A stretch of DNA of 64,000 bases from Podarcis liolepis (taxonomy: Eukaryota): the NCBI GenBank assembly GCA_965112155.1, contig OZ218098.1; one strand, written 5' to 3'. Below, piece by piece: positions 1 to 13,325 of the stretch (positions within the stretch are counted from its first letter, which is position 1; each line of letters starts with the position of its first letter). A model generated the notes under the pieces. It did not search any database. It was given only the letters and a program-made list of their open reading frames with translations, and was not told where the DNA came from. A program made the position numbers and the translations under genes.

Positions 1-964
1 CATATCATAGCTCAGAGGTCTTTGTGGAGAAGCTGTACAGGTATCCATCAAAGATGTTTTAGCACACAACGATCCAATCTCAGGACAAATGTTTGAATGG
101 GTGTCTTCCAGGAATGATTCTCTTTTTCTTTTTTGTAAATATTTATTAAATTTTCACAAATTTTAAAAACACATACAATACACACAATACAAAGATATAC
201 ATACAATAACAAACAAACACGTATAATTTCCACTCCTTTTTTTCTTAAACTTACTTCGTCGACTTCCCCATACCTCCCCTTTCTGCATTCCAATTCCCAA
301 AATTATTTCAGCAAATCCTTCCCCTTAATTTTATCCAATTTTTCCTTTTCTTTTCTTTTACTTAATCTTTAACAGCTGTAATCCCTTACTTTATATAACC
401 ACAACATTTTAACACTCATTAATTTTACAATTCTTCTTAAGATAAATTTTAAATTTCTTCCAATCTTCTTCCGCCGTCTCTTTCCCCTGGTCTCGGATTC
501 TGCCATTCATTTCAGCCAGTCCCATATAGTCTATCACCTTCATCTGCCATTCTTCCAAGGTGGGTAGATCCTGTATCTTCCAATACTTTGCGATTAGTAT
601 TCTTGCTGCTATTGTAGCATACATAAAAAAAGTTCTGTCTTTCTTTGACACCAATTGGCCGACAATGCCCAAGAGAAAGGCTTCTGGTTTCTTAGGAAAA
701 GTACATTTAAGTACCTTTTTCATTTCATTATATATCATTTCCCAGAAAACCTTAATCTTCGGGCACGTCCACCAAAGGTGAAAAAAAGTACCTTCAGTTT
801 CCTTACATTTCCAACACTTATTATCAGGCAAATGATAGATTTTTGCAAGCTTGACTGGGGTCATGTACCACCTATAAATCATTTTCATAATCCAGGAATG
901 ATTCTCTGCCAGTTTCATTCTCACTCAAAATGAGAGTAGCAGTCACTGTTCTTCTCCCTGTAAC
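1..964 (-). other. Candidate exon of an unidentified - strand gene, interrupted by the L1 at 124-890
   Basis: Polypyrimidine tract plus ATGCAG|G acceptor at 964. With the L1 and one TSD copy removed, one frame is open to the window edge (VTGRRTVTATLILSENETGRESFLEDTHSNICPEIGSLCAKTSLMDTCTASPQRPLSYDM). No homology recognised. Confidence 0.35.
124..890 (-). mobile_element. 5'-truncated L1 LINE (ORF2 C-terminus, 3'UTR, A-tail)
   Basis: ORF 409..924 contains the CCHC knuckle (CWKC...HLWWTC) and is roughly 80% identical to the ORF2 C-terminus at 27786. Exact 17-bp TSD TCCAGGAATGATTCTCT at 107-123 and 891-907. T-rich tail on + at 124-134. Confidence 0.95.
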
Positions 965-973
965 CTGCATTTA

Positions 974-1018
974 GGAGGAAGGAAGGAAGGAAAGAAAGAA
1001 AGAAAGAAAGAAGGAAGG
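974..1018. repeat. (GGAA)n/(GAAA)n microsatellite
   Basis: Directly visible. Confidence 0.9.
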
Positions 1019-1272
1019 GCCCAGAATAGAAATAAAGGAAAAACACACCCCTAGATTCTGTTTTATGCTTCTCAGTTTTAAATATGAGCACAGTGCCAGA
1101 GTGTGGTCATGCCTCATACACCTATAGTGTTGGCAAACCTGCATTGCCCAGAACAGCTTAGCCAACATGCAGCAGCTCTCTATTTTTGGAGCCCCAAGGT
1201 CTATACTTAAGCTGAGGCCAGGCTATTTGGAGACGATGTTGCCTTTTCTTTCGCTTGGGGAAAGAGACTCAC

Positions 1273-1429
1273 ATTTCCTGCTTTTCAGCTGAGCTGGCTG
1301 GGGCTGATGAGAGCTGTAGCCCAAACATCCACGGAGCATTGGCTTGGGGAAAACGGAAGCCATGTATTCCTGGTAACCTTTGCCGTCTTGTCGTCCTCCC
1401 TTATTAAGCCACCCACAGTGGTAGATCAC
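1273..1429 (-). other. Candidate internal exon
   Basis: Strong acceptor CTCCTCTTTTGTTTTCCCCAG|G at 1429, GTGAGT donor at 1272, and one open frame (VIYHCGWLNKGG...KSRK). Confidence 0.35.
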
Positions 1430-2321
1430 CTGGGGAAAACAAAAGAGGAGACATTAGCAGGCAAACATGCGCCTATGCACTCATCACTTCACTTGTCACC
1501 ATATAATAAGCAGGCCTCTCTGTGTGTGGGTGGAAGCCTGTGTGCCATTGGCCTGTTGCCCTCTCAGATATGCCCAGTGTGTGTGTGTGTGGGGGGGGGG
1601 GAACGAGCAGGCATCCGCTCTTCATGTCTTCTTCTTCAGCCTGCCAACTAACATGCCATCCCATACAGACGAGCTTGCACTGTGGCTGAAACACTATTGT
1701 GCCTAGGTTCTGTCCTCTTGAGCACTCCCTCATGCTGTAGCCAGCACCAGTTTGCATTCCACTAAATGGCATTGGGCTATCTCTGCCCAGTCCATGTTCA
1801 CTGCTGCTGTTGGGCCCTTCTCCAGAGGACTGTAGAGAACTGGGCTAACTTGCAAAGCCTGCAAGGGAGCCAAAGATGCTCCCCCTTTCAATTCCTTCTG
1901 ATATCATTTCACTCTGGCCATTTTTGATTTCCAACAGCAAACACGATATGGCATTCATCTGGCTTCGACCACCTGCAAATTTATTGACGTAATCTGCTGC
2001 CTCTTAATCCTCTCCTATGGGTTGCTTTAATAAAGGGAAAGGTCAGGGTTTTTCACCAGGTTGATACAACAGCTTCTGAGAAGTGATTGTGCAGCAGGCA
2101 GAGAAAGTTACTATTTGCCTCTGTCTATTGGCTCCAATGGATGCTCTCCAATGGATGCAAGCAGCAGCCTCTGAGAGGTGATTTTTGTGGAGGCTGTGGT
2201 CCCCAAGGCTGCTTTATTAACTGTCGCCTCATATCAACAGCCTCTAGACTAGTGGGCTTTTGTGAGTGTATTCTGCAACCTGTCATTGATGCAACAATAG
2301 TGCATTAGTGGTGGATTTATA

Positions 2322-2387
2322 ATGGGTAAGGTATAGGACCCCTGAACAGTTAAGTCCAGTCAAACTTGACTATGGGGTGCAGCATCC
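2322..2387 (-). mobile_element. Sauria SINE 3' fragment
   Basis: Matches the reverse complement of the 3' end of the copy at 3366-3750. Confidence 0.7.
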
Positions 2388-3365
2388 AAATACCATTCTG
2401 CTTTATTAGTTGTCCTGCAGTGGTTCCCTAATGAGATTGCATTATTGAAATCTCAAGGAACACCCTTGCGCTAGAGCGCAACAAGAGTGGGGCAGGGGGA
2501 AAAAGCAGCCCAGGACATTTGTGGTATGGAAAGTTACAGGATTTCAACAGGAACTTACAGAAAATGTGCTGATTAGAAATCACCCTCTTTAAACCTGGGA
2601 CATCATTTACATTAAATTCCTGAGTTGTAATTCATTTGTATGGCCCATTGGCCTCAGGGCATCTTTCACTACTCATGCCACAGATGAATGCTGTTAATGT
2701 GGAATAGCAAGAGGTTTGTCATTTGGAAGCACTTTCTGACCTGTGTGGTGTTTACAGCCCAAACCAAGTTAAGTCGCCCACATGAAAACTCCCCCAGTTG
2801 GTTCAAATCTCCAGTTCCAATGAGCCTTCAGTTCATGTGAGGGACAAGATCCTTCTTGGAGCGCAGTCCCCGCTCTTTACTCACAGAATAGCCTATTTTC
2901 AGATTATAAGGAAGCTTTTGTGTGCAGTCTGATTAGCCAAGGTATTTACATTACAGCTGAAAGCATTAACTGATAAGAAGTCTCATTCTTATCGAAAGCA
3001 GCTGAGCTCGGGAACAACTCTGAATTTTTATCCTGGGCCAGGAAAAACCAGAACTGGAAAGTGATAACCTTAATTTATTAGAGCCAAACTAAAAACAATA
3101 CAAAACTAATTTGAATAACATAGCTGAGCCATGGAATATGCAAAGCAAGAATATCTCTGAGCGTATGCAGAGCACAAGGCCAGGCCTTCCACTGTCCCAG
3201 GCAGCTGATCTGGGATGTCAAGTAATTGTTACTTTTTAATTATTATTATTTTTTAAATTGTTGTTACTTTTTAATTATTATTGTTTTTAGTTATATTTTT
3301 CCTCCTGGGGGGAAGAGAGCTTGTGGGGCTCCCTGACTCAGGTGGCAACATAACTTAGTCAGCCT

Positions 3366-3750
3366 AAGACGTGGGTGGTGCTGTGGTCTAAACCACTGAG
3401 CCTATTGGGCTCACTTGCCGATCAAAAGGTCAGCGGTTCGAATCCCCGCGACGGGGTGAGCTCCCATTGCTCTATCCCAGCTCCTGCCAACCTAGCAGTT
3501 TGAAAGCACACCAGTGCAAGTAGATACATAGGTACCGCTGCAGCAGAAAGGTAAATGGCATTTCCGTGTGCTCTGGTTTCCATCACGGTGTTCCGTTGTG
3601 CCAGAAGCTGTTTAGTCATGCTGGCCACACGACCAAGAAAGCTGTCTGTGGACAAACACCAGCTCCCGCAGCCTGAAAGCAAGATGAGCACCACACCCTA
3701 TAGTCACCTTCGACTGAACATAACTGTCTAGGGGTCCTTTACCTTTACCT
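3366..3750 (+). mobile_element. Sauria SINE, full length
   Basis: tRNA-like head with B box GGTTCGAATCC, (ACCTTT)n tail, imperfect TSD CTTAGT(C/T)AGCCT. Confidence 0.93.
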
Positions 3751-4269
3751 TAGTTAGCCTTGGATACTGGCACCTTAGCAGGGGATGGGGAGATTTGCTA
3801 TTCCGTGCCAGGCAGCATAATGTCTTGGGTTGTCTGTGGGAAAGAGAGGTTCTTGTCCGTACACAACGCTCAGGACCCACAGCCTGTCCATACAATAATA
3901 GAATTCAGGAGTCAGGTGCCCCCAGGGCAGATAGCATAGCAACCTTCAGTCTCACCAACTCTTATCTTTTCATTTTAGAAATTATGCACCAGATAGTTAT
4001 CCTAGCGGGGAATGCCAACTTGTCTGTCTGCCACATTTTTTTCCAGGAGGCGTCTCTGGCTTGTTATGAGATTAATTTCACTGGCTTCTGATTAATCTCA
4101 GCCTGAAGATAATCTTTTGTTTGTGACATCTGTTCAGTTGCCGTGGAAATCATTAGGATCCCCTTTCACTAATGGGAGAGGAGCTCTAGAAAAGGTTGAA
4201 AGAGAAGCGGGTGCAGAGACATATATTGAGTCTGCAGATACAGTGGGGGCTGGCCTGCTAAGGCAAATA

Positions 4270-4511
4270 CAGTGGTACATCAGGTTACATCTGCTTCAGG
4301 TTACATACGCTTCAGGTTACAGACTCCGCTAACCCAGAAATATTACCCCAGGTTAAGAACTTTGCTTCAGGATGAGAACAGAAATCGTGCTCCGGCAGCG
4401 CGGCTGCAGCAGGAGGCCCCATTAGCTAAAGTGGTGCTTCAGGTTAAGAACAGTTTCAGGTTAAGAACGGACCTCCGGAACGAATTAAGTTCTTAACCCG
4501 AGGTACCACTG
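4270..4511. mobile_element. Tc1/pogo (Tigger-like) MITE, 242 bp
   Basis: TIRs CAGTGGTAC...GTACCACTG, TA TSD, four near-identical copies in the window. Confidence 0.92.
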
Positions 4512-5374
4512 TAGAGCAGGGCCCCACCAACCTCAATCTGCTTCCAGCCAATCCCTACCCTGAGTGCCTTCCTACTTACAACTAGCTCGGGTGGCAGATG
4601 TCAGTTTCCTCTTTCTTAGTCTCAGTGCAGCCACTTTTAGAACTCAGCAGGGAGGGAGATGGGAACAAAACTAGAATTAGCTGGACCTGCCCGTCATCTG
4701 GCACCACCTACTGTTGGCCTCCCTGCTTTCTACCCTACCAACTTCAACCAACACCCTTGTTTGGTACTCAAGGGCGTGCTGCACTTGCAGTATAGGGCCT
4801 GTTTCCAGGTAGGGGGATAAAATGAAACCAAAGTCAGTAAAATGGCTCCATTTCAAAGTGCCTTGAATCTTAGCCTTCAGGCCAAAGAATGCTATGTCAG
4901 TCTACCTGCTCAGATTCCCGTTTCAGACAGAACTTCTTTCTCTTCTGCCCTAAAATGTAGTGTAGATGCAAAACACTGTTGTGTCTTTTTCATTCCAAAA
5001 GAGAAAAATAGTTTTGTGGTGTGTGTGTGTCTTTTTCTTGCATTTATTTGTACTATACACCTCTCTCAGGGTTTTCAAGGAGGGGAGCATTCCAGGTTTA
5101 GCCCATGGGATACCATTTTAGCTTCTTTTCCACAAGAGCAAAAAGATGAGTGCATGAGTACAGCCCTGAACACGATTGCCAACTGTCTTACTTTGCCTGA
5201 ACAGACCTGAAAACCACAACAAAATCAAAACCACCCTTTTTATGATGAAAAACTATTCTGTTGTTGTTGTTCTTTTAAAAAACACTGCTTGGCCAAGCCC
5301 ACTCAAGTTTAAATATACAGCTATATAAAGCAGAACAATCTCTCTCCCCTTCACACACAAACACACACATAAAC

Positions 5375-5531
5375 TATGCACACACTGTGCCTTTAAAGCA
5401 CAAAGAATTCTGGACGCTGTAGTTTACCCCTCACAGAGTTACAATTTCCAGCAACCCTTAACAAGCAAACATTGCCCAGAATTCTTTGAGAGGGGATATG
5501 TGCTTTGAGTGTGCTCTACAGGTATAGTGTG
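5375..5531. mobile_element. Degenerate palindromic non-autonomous DNA element
   Basis: Reverse-complement similarity to 10180-10349; internal inverted repeats. Confidence 0.6.
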
Positions 5532-6144
5532 GAGAGAGAGAGAGATTCCTTCCCTAGAACTCCACACAGTATGTATACAGAGTTATAACATTATTAAGTG
5601 GCAGGACTGCTGTGGAAGTGAACTGACTGAGATCTATTATAGTGAACCATTTCTCTCCAGGGTCAAGCTCAGGACAAACTGATTAAGTGAGTGTGCTGAA
5701 GAAGTCCACTATGAATAGCACTGATTGGCTCATACCTATAATATCATCCCCCTCCCCTGCTTCAGAACAACTTGGCAAATTCTTTTTCAATTGATTTCAC
5801 TTTTTAAAAAGAAAAGAAAAAGGCAATGATTGATGATTTAAATAAATTGTACTTGTTTCTTTGAGACTATTTTATCTCACATTTCCTATATATACGTGCA
5901 TTCAAGGTGGCTAAAAACAAATAACAAAACAAAAACAAAACAACCCTCAACAAGACAAAATAAAAAAGGTGCATAAAAGAAACAGTGTGAAATATGGGTT
6001 AACTATCTAGGTTAATTTAAAAGCTCACCCAAATAAAACCATCTTCACCAGACAGCAGAAAATAGAAATTGTGGAATGTGCCACATGAATCCCTTATGAA
6101 TGCAACAGGTTAGTCTGCATGAAAATATTTGGGATGCTCTAGCT

Positions 6145-6396
6145 CATGGGTAGGCAAACTAAGGTCTGGGGGCCAGATCCAGCCCAATTACCTTCTAAAT
6201 CCAGCCTGCGGATGGTCTGGGAATCAGCGTGTTTTTACATGAGTAGAATGTGTCCTTTTATTTAAAATGTATCTCTGGGGTATTTGTGGGGCATAGGAAT
6301 TCATTCATATTTTTTCCCAAAATATAGTCCAGCCCCCCCCCCAAGGTCTGAGGGACAGTGGAGTGGCCCCCTGCTGAAAAAGTTTACTGACCCCTG
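6145..6396. mobile_element. hAT-type MITE
   Basis: 8-bp TSD CTCTAGCT, imperfect TIRs CATGGG...CCCCTG, inverted sister copy at 49235-49484. Confidence 0.9.
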
Positions 6397-7227
6397 CTCT
6401 AGCTGCATGTAGAACACATTAGAGTAGTTTAAAGGTTTGTCACTGGTTTGTCACTAAGGCACAAATTACCATGGCCATATATTATATAGCAACGAAACAA
6501 AGCCCTAGTTGGAGTCAAAGCTATGGTCCTATGGGCATGTCCTCTAACTAACAAGGCTACATTTGCCCCCCCCCCCATTCTTCTGAGCCCCTCATACCAC
6601 ACATAAAAGGGTTGATGGCTGGCTTGGGAAGAAGCAGCGTCCTTTGGGATACCATGATTGAATTATGCTCTTCAAGGGTGCAAGGTATATTATATTTATA
6701 GGATCATATTTTTAAAACATTTCATAGAGATAAGGCATGGGCTGTGTGCCTGTGGGTGAAGCTGCACTAGAAAAAGCATGTTTACAAAAGCACACGTGAC
6801 AGTTGTCAAGATGGTTGGAGCTTCTTCATCAGATGTCATTGGCAAAAGACACTTCTAACAAATGCTGCAAAATGTCTGTTTATGGTGCCAATCTGTATTA
6901 CATGGCAGTTACTGACAGCCACTTTAGAATATTCATACTTCAGTAAACTCCAGAATTTTAAGTAAGGGAAGGACTAGGGATTAACACAATTCTCAACACT
7001 TCATAAAACTTACGTTGTGATTTTACCCTGTGAATCGCCCCGAGACCTGTGGGTATAGGGTGGCATATAAAATCATCATCATCGTCGTCATCTACATCAT
7101 CTTTGAAGGTAATCAGGGCTAAAGTGGTATAAAACCATTATAAAGCTGTAGTGTAGATAGGGGTTAGAAGTTCAATCTCTTGACATATAGAAAACTCTAC
7201 TTTTACATAACCTGCCTCTACAATCCT

Positions 7228-7229
<2 letters not shown>

Positions 7230-7283
<54 letters not shown>

Positions 7284-7291
7284 ACACACAC
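7230..7291. repeat. (CT)n(CA)n microsatellite
   Basis: Directly visible. Confidence 0.95.
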
Positions 7292-10179
7292 TTCCATTTT
7301 CTTTGAAGTTTTATAGAATACATTGTGATCACAATCATATAAATAACCCCTGAGTATGTTGTAAAGCTTTTTTGATTTAGACAGGAGAATGCTAAAAAAG
7401 CATCAAAGCGATAAGGAGAGACAAATCTGCATTCAGGAAAAAGGTCTGTCATTCAAACCAGAAAGGGAACTTGCTACTGGGCCAGGCTGCCTAACTAGTC
7501 TCTGTCACTGGCAGCCTGTGTCAAATCAATACTTCTCATTCATGCTTCCAAGTGATGCTTGAGACAGTGGGTTTTGCAGGCTGGCGGTGGCTATGGGAAG
7601 CATTTCCTTGCTTCCGTGTCTGCGCATCATTTTACCAAGCAGGTGGTGCGGTGAGGACAGCGTAGTCGCCACCCCAGCTTTCCACTTTGTGGGGAAATGT
7701 CTGTGCCACTGACTGCCCACAGTGTCTCTTTACTGTCCACAAGTACACTTCATACCTTCTTTCCCAGCAGGACACACGTGCAATCGTCACTCAGCAAAAT
7801 GATCCGCATGCAGTTTCATGTGCAAGAGAGGACGTTCCACACAAGAGATCTGTTGCGGTTAAAGTGGCCCTCATGCTCCTTGGTACACATGCACTCATTC
7901 TCTGTCGCCTCTGCCTTGCTGCATGAGTGCCCCTGATCCCTCACAGTTCAGCACTGCAGCAGGGCCCCAGCTGCAGTGGCTCAGGCGCTTTCGCTGCAGC
8001 CTTGTGTAACTCAGAGCTCTGGTGGTGCAGCAGCTGCAACCGCTTTGCTGCATGCCTTACAGAAGGAGCCTATTGAGAAGCAGCCAGGAGTCCTCCCCCT
8101 TTCCTTTTCTTGGTTTTCCCATTGGCTTCTATGTTATCCCTTATCGTTCTTAAACAGATGGAATTAAATGGGGGAGGGGTAATAAAATAAACCTGTGTCA
8201 GCACAACACAAAGGCTTGAAACCCAGTGGAAAAGGAACAGAGAAATCGGGAGGTCTGAATGACAGGGCAGCTATGCTGGCAGATTAATAAATAGGAAGCA
8301 ATGAGTTTGAGAATGGACCAGACTGGCTCTCTGGAGTTAACTCCTGGCCCTGCACACATTCACCTTGTGACTTTGGTCTAACTGCATCTACAATGTTCTC
8401 AACCTATATCCTTTTTTGGGGTGTGGGCTGGGCTGAATTCCAGCCAGAGAAACTGCACCGAGGATAGGAGGCATTTGGGGTGCAGCAGCAGGCAATGCAC
8501 AGAGGAACCTGCTTTACTCAGGGGCATAGATATTCTTCAGCTAACATAGTTTTCTGCACAGGGTGTGTGCATGATGTGTGGCTTCAAGCTGTCAGTAGCA
8601 CCGCTTCCTTATTTTTCCTAGAAAGAGAGTACTATAAACATCTATGGGGTGGGCTTTTTGCTTTGCTTTGTTTTGTTTTAACTTCCTCTCTCTCCCTTTC
8701 TAGAAATGTCAGAGCTTTCCTCCAACACAGGAGCAGAGGAGGGGAAGCAGCTTTGAGCCATGTGGTTCAGTTCAGATGCTGCCCAATTAACACTGAGCAT
8801 GCAGCACATGGCATTGCCCCCTGCAATACAAACACAGGAGGAAAGATTGTAGGGCTGGCTGCATCTCTTCAATTGTGGGGAAGCACTTATATGATCTACT
8901 CAACTAGAGTAAACTTCAATCTGAATTGAAGACACTCCCCTGCCCCCAGCATCAAGTCATCCCAGTCTGAAAAAGACTTCACTGTAAAGCTCTCCTGGTG
9001 ATGCCTGGGTGATGGTATATAACCTACAGTGGGAGATATATCAGAAAGCCTACTGGAAGTGATGTCGTGCCCAGTGTGATGTGGTGGTTAGAGCACCGAC
9101 CAGTCATTGTCTCTCAGTCTAACCTACCTCACAGGGTTGTTGAGCGGATAAACTGTGTGTGGGGAGGGAACTATGTATGGTGCCTTGAGCTTCTTGGAGA
9201 ACAAGGTGGGTCTTATAGCAAAGAAAGAAAGAAAACCATTAAATGTTGTATTTTACCCACATTTCTTGATCCATTTTGTAGCCATGGTGCGGACAATTAA
9301 GTACAGCATTGTGCTCTATGGCCATTTGAACCACAGAAAAACAGGGTGCTCAGTGTGCTCTCTAGGACTATGTTGACCTTCTGGGAAATGGGGCAACCTT
9401 TCAAAATAATGGATGCTTTTAAAACGGAGGGGCGAAAAGGTGGTAGTATGACATTGTACAATCCCAAGTGTTTTGCGTATAAGATTGTTTTTACTAAGTG
9501 CCTCTTGGTGCAAGGACTGCTGGGCGGAGTGGAACCACTTCAATCCTCCATCTAGGACGGTCTCTCAGTTTCCGTCCAGATTCTGTGCTAGACCTTTGAG
9601 GTTTCACGCTCTGACCTGCTATTTTGCTAACCAGCATTTCCTCCTTGCACCGAGAGCATTGGCCATGATGAAAAATGATGTCAGATCAAGATGATCTCTG
9701 CCCCTTGCTCATCTCAAATAAACTGTCATTGACAAATCCCTTATGAGCTGGCTCCTGGCCAAGTCCACTGCATTTCACAGCCCAAACTCACTGCCGCTTC
9801 CTCCTCCTCCTCATGGCCGTCTGACTGCAGGCAACACTAATCACTTTCCCTTTCCCATCCCGTTTCCCTGGGAAATTGAAAATCTTTTGACTTTTCATCC
9901 CAGCCTGGGCTGAATAAATAAATACTTTAAAAACATTTATCGTGTGCATTGTGACCTGGGTTGCTTTTCTACTTCTTTGATTTATATCCTGCAAGATCTG
10001 GGCAGTTCCCATATTTTCAATTTTATTTTAATTTTAACGGCAGCAGCTGTTGCGGGGGTGGGGGGAACACCCCAGGAAATACAATTTTAACAAACGTTGT
10101 TCCAATACACCCACCCACCCTCCCTCCCTATAGGCAGCCCCTTTGGGCATTAAGCCAAAGAGAAGCTTGCTACTGTGGC

Positions 10180-10349
10180 TGCATATACACCGTATCTCTA
10201 AAGCATATGACCTATCCCAAAGAATCCTGGGAACTGTAGTTTGTTAAGGGTGCTGGGAATTGTAGCTCTGTGGGGTGAAACTACAGTACCCAGGATTATT
10301 TGGGGGAAGTGATGCACTTTAAATGTGCCTTAAATGGATGGTGTGTGTG
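10180..10349. mobile_element. Degenerate palindromic non-autonomous DNA element
   Basis: Same family as 5375-5531, in the opposite orientation. Confidence 0.6.
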
Positions 10350-11158
10350 ATATTGGCCTTCCTGGGCAGAAATGATGCACAGACACCCCGGTAGCAGCTC
10401 TTCATCCTCTGGTGCCAGGCTAATGGCGCCTGCTGTGCTTCTGTGGCCATGGGCCAAATGGCAGTTCTAGCTGAATTCTCTTTGGGAGGGAAGGAAGGAA
10501 GGAGGGAGGGGGAAAGAAGCTCTCAGGAGCTGCCGGCCCTCTGGCTAACCACGGTGTCTGGGACCAGGCTGTCCCTTTTCCACAGAGAGACTCTTTCATC
10601 AAATTAAATTAAGCTAAATTAAAGAGAAAGTCTCTTTAATGAAGGCACTCTATGAAGCCATGTGTTCTCTCCCCAAGGTGATGAAGGGACCACGACCATC
10701 TCCTTTCTGGAGGAGGAGAAGGAGGAGGAAGAGGTTCCCGCTTTGTGTCGTGGGAACTGATTGTTCACTTCCCGTTGGAGTTTCCGCTCTGCAAAATTGC
10801 TTCTGGTTTGATGGGTGCAGCAACCTGCCGCCATGCACCCATTTGTCACTTTCCCACAGAGACGCTACCCCACATCTCACAGAGCAACAGTTCTCAGCAC
10901 CTTTAACAAGGGTTCTCGGAATTCTTTTTGGGAAGACTTGTCCCTTTAAATGTCTGGCTGTAGACACGGCTGCTTTTGTACACAGCTCTTCAGCCAAAAG
11001 GGCTCCCAGAGTGGCTTATGTACAGTCAACTGAGACAAGGCTAGCCCAGCCGGCAGGGTCGGGGCACAGATTTGTAAACAGTTGTTCTTACAATGACCAG
11101 CTTGCCTAGTTCAGGAGTAGGAATTGCCTGATGGAGCTGGTAGCTGGCGTGAGCATCA

Positions 11159-11343
11159 NNNNNNNNNNNNNNNNNNNNNNNNNNNNNNNNNNNNNNNNNN
11201 NNNNNNNNNNNNNNNNNNNNNNNNNNNNNNNNNNNNNNNNNNNNNNNNNNNNNNNNNNNNNNNNNNNNNNNNNNNNNNNNNNNNNNNNNNNNNNNNNNNN
11301 NNNNNNNNNNNNNNNNNNNNNNNNNNNNNNNNNNNNNNNNNNN
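11159..11343. other. Assembly gap
   Basis: Run of N. Confidence 1.
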
Positions 11344-11344
11344 C

Positions 11345-11635
11345 CCTCACATAAGATATCAGGGTGGTTTACAACAACAGGTCAGGTATACAATAACATA
11401 TAAAAACCATTTAAAACAGAGCAACTTAATCATTAAAAAGACTGGCTAATTCAAAGCCTGCTGAGCCTGTCCTGGAAGAGTCTTTCACAGCATGGGACAG
11501 GTGACACTGGCGCTTGGCTCCTGGATGAGGCCAGCTAGGCCTCTGTAACACGGGACAACTAGCAGCGCTCCTCTGGATGATCTCAATGGTCAAGCTGGAA
11601 CAGAAGGGCCTAGAGGTATCCTGGACCCTATTTAT
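11345..11635 (-). mobile_element. Degenerate L2-like 3' fragment
   Basis: Same layout as 34691-35135 (CAGGGTGGTT(T/C)ACA, A-rich tract, AAAGCCTG); highly diverged. Confidence 0.45.
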
Positions 11636-13234
11636 TTGTGATAGTAATGCCACTGAATTCCAGAAAGTTCAGAATTCTAGGACTGGAGGGCCAATTTTGG
11701 ATCATTTTGCTTGTGCTCCAAAGCCCCCTGGATCCTCTCTGAATTCCATATTCCGCTCCAGAGTCTGAACAGAATGAAACTGCAGTGCTCTCACCCATCC
11801 TTGCTATATAAGAGCAAACACTGTCATGTGACATATCTTGGTGAGTCCTTCCTCTCATCTTTCTTCAGGATTGGACTCTCAGTGGGCACCAGCAACAAAG
11901 TGAAGCAGGAATAGGTAAATTAATTCAGCTTCTAGGCCCCACTCCTAATTGTCACAGGTTCCCCATTTTTAAAACACTCCAGTCCAAGGCCAGTGCATCT
12001 ACCTCAGTTACCCAAAAGAAGCAATCACTCAGGATTAGGTTTAGATCTCTGCCGCTAGCTCTGTGAACCCAGATTCCACCCAGTTCCTCAAACCACTCCT
12101 AAATATCACAGAGCACATTGGTAGTGCAGGAACAGCAGTGTTTGCAAGCTGAAAGAGTGTGGTCAGAAGAACCCCCATACAAAGCAATCACGTTTCTGCT
12201 GGAATTTTGTTCTACTTTTCTATCCTCCAATTCTGGCACCTGGCCTAAAGAATGAAATTGCAGCTGGGCCTGTAAAATCATGGAAGATTGTCCAGGCTGC
12301 TTTTTTCCTATATCACCAGTCCAAGAAGACTAGCATGCCATCTTTTAAAATCTCATACTTCTTTTTTTTAAAATAAAAATAAAAATAAACCTGATCCCAC
12401 CTGTGTCATCTTGACATCTGGAATAAGGTGTTGCACCAGATCATGGAGCCAAAGTGAGAGTTATCTCTTCTCAAATGCATCCTGCTGCAGGATCATGAGT
12501 GTAGGTGAGCTTGCTGTGAAAGTCATGGATTCTGTTTTGGCTTAAGCAGCTCTACTGGGGAAACAAATCCTAAAGTGAGATCCATTATCTTTGCAAATGA
12601 CTCATAGGTCACACCTAACCGAACTGTGTTTTCCAAGGGCTTCATTCCCAAAACCTGGGCCAGATTTGTTATTGAAAAAGAGAGCCGGATTCCAATTAGG
12701 CACTAAGAGAAAGGGAAGGTTTTCAAAAGCACACAAAATGGATCCACTCCAGCAGTTTCTGTTGTGTCATCTTTGGCTGGATTTTCAGTCAGGCTGGACA
12801 AACTTGAAGGTGCATGTCTAGTCCCTTTCTGAAAACCAGGATTACTTTGGGATGGGGAAGGCTAGTTCGGGTGAAAACGAGCCTCTCAGGGCCACATGCA
12901 AACCTGTTATGTTGAACACCTGATCCACCGTAGAAGTGCACTCATCAATGAACATTTTTTTTAATTTAGGATCAAACTCAGGGAAGACCAGCTCTGCCAA
13001 TTTGCAGCAGAAGCTAGTTATGCACAGTGCTTATTGTCTCATCATAAATGCCAGTGTTTTCTAGTAGCGGTATTTGGCTGACTTTGGCAGTGCCTGCCAA
13101 GTCCAGCCTTTACCTGCCTCACACCTGACGTATGGCAGGAGTGCATGGGTTGCCTGAAACGGCCTCTCAGGCCATATGGAGAGGACTGGCGGGACAGATT
13201 TTGCCCACGGGCTGGAGGTTCTACATCCCTGGGT

Positions 13235-13325
13235 TACAGCACAGGACTTGGGCTGGGGAGACCCAGATTCAAATCCCCAACCAGCCATGAAACTCATTGG
13301 GTGACCTTGGGCAAGGCACTGGCCC
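13235..13325 (+). mobile_element. MIR/CORE-like tRNA SINE fragment
   Basis: B-box-like GATTCAAATCCC followed by the CORE-like GGGTGACCTTGGGCAAG. Confidence 0.55.

Noticed and set aside
10583-10640. Imperfect inverted repeat as a possible miRNA hairpin
   Set aside because: Stem too short and loop too large.
11124-11403. ORFs spanning N runs (also 19459-19695)
   Set aside because: Gap artefacts.
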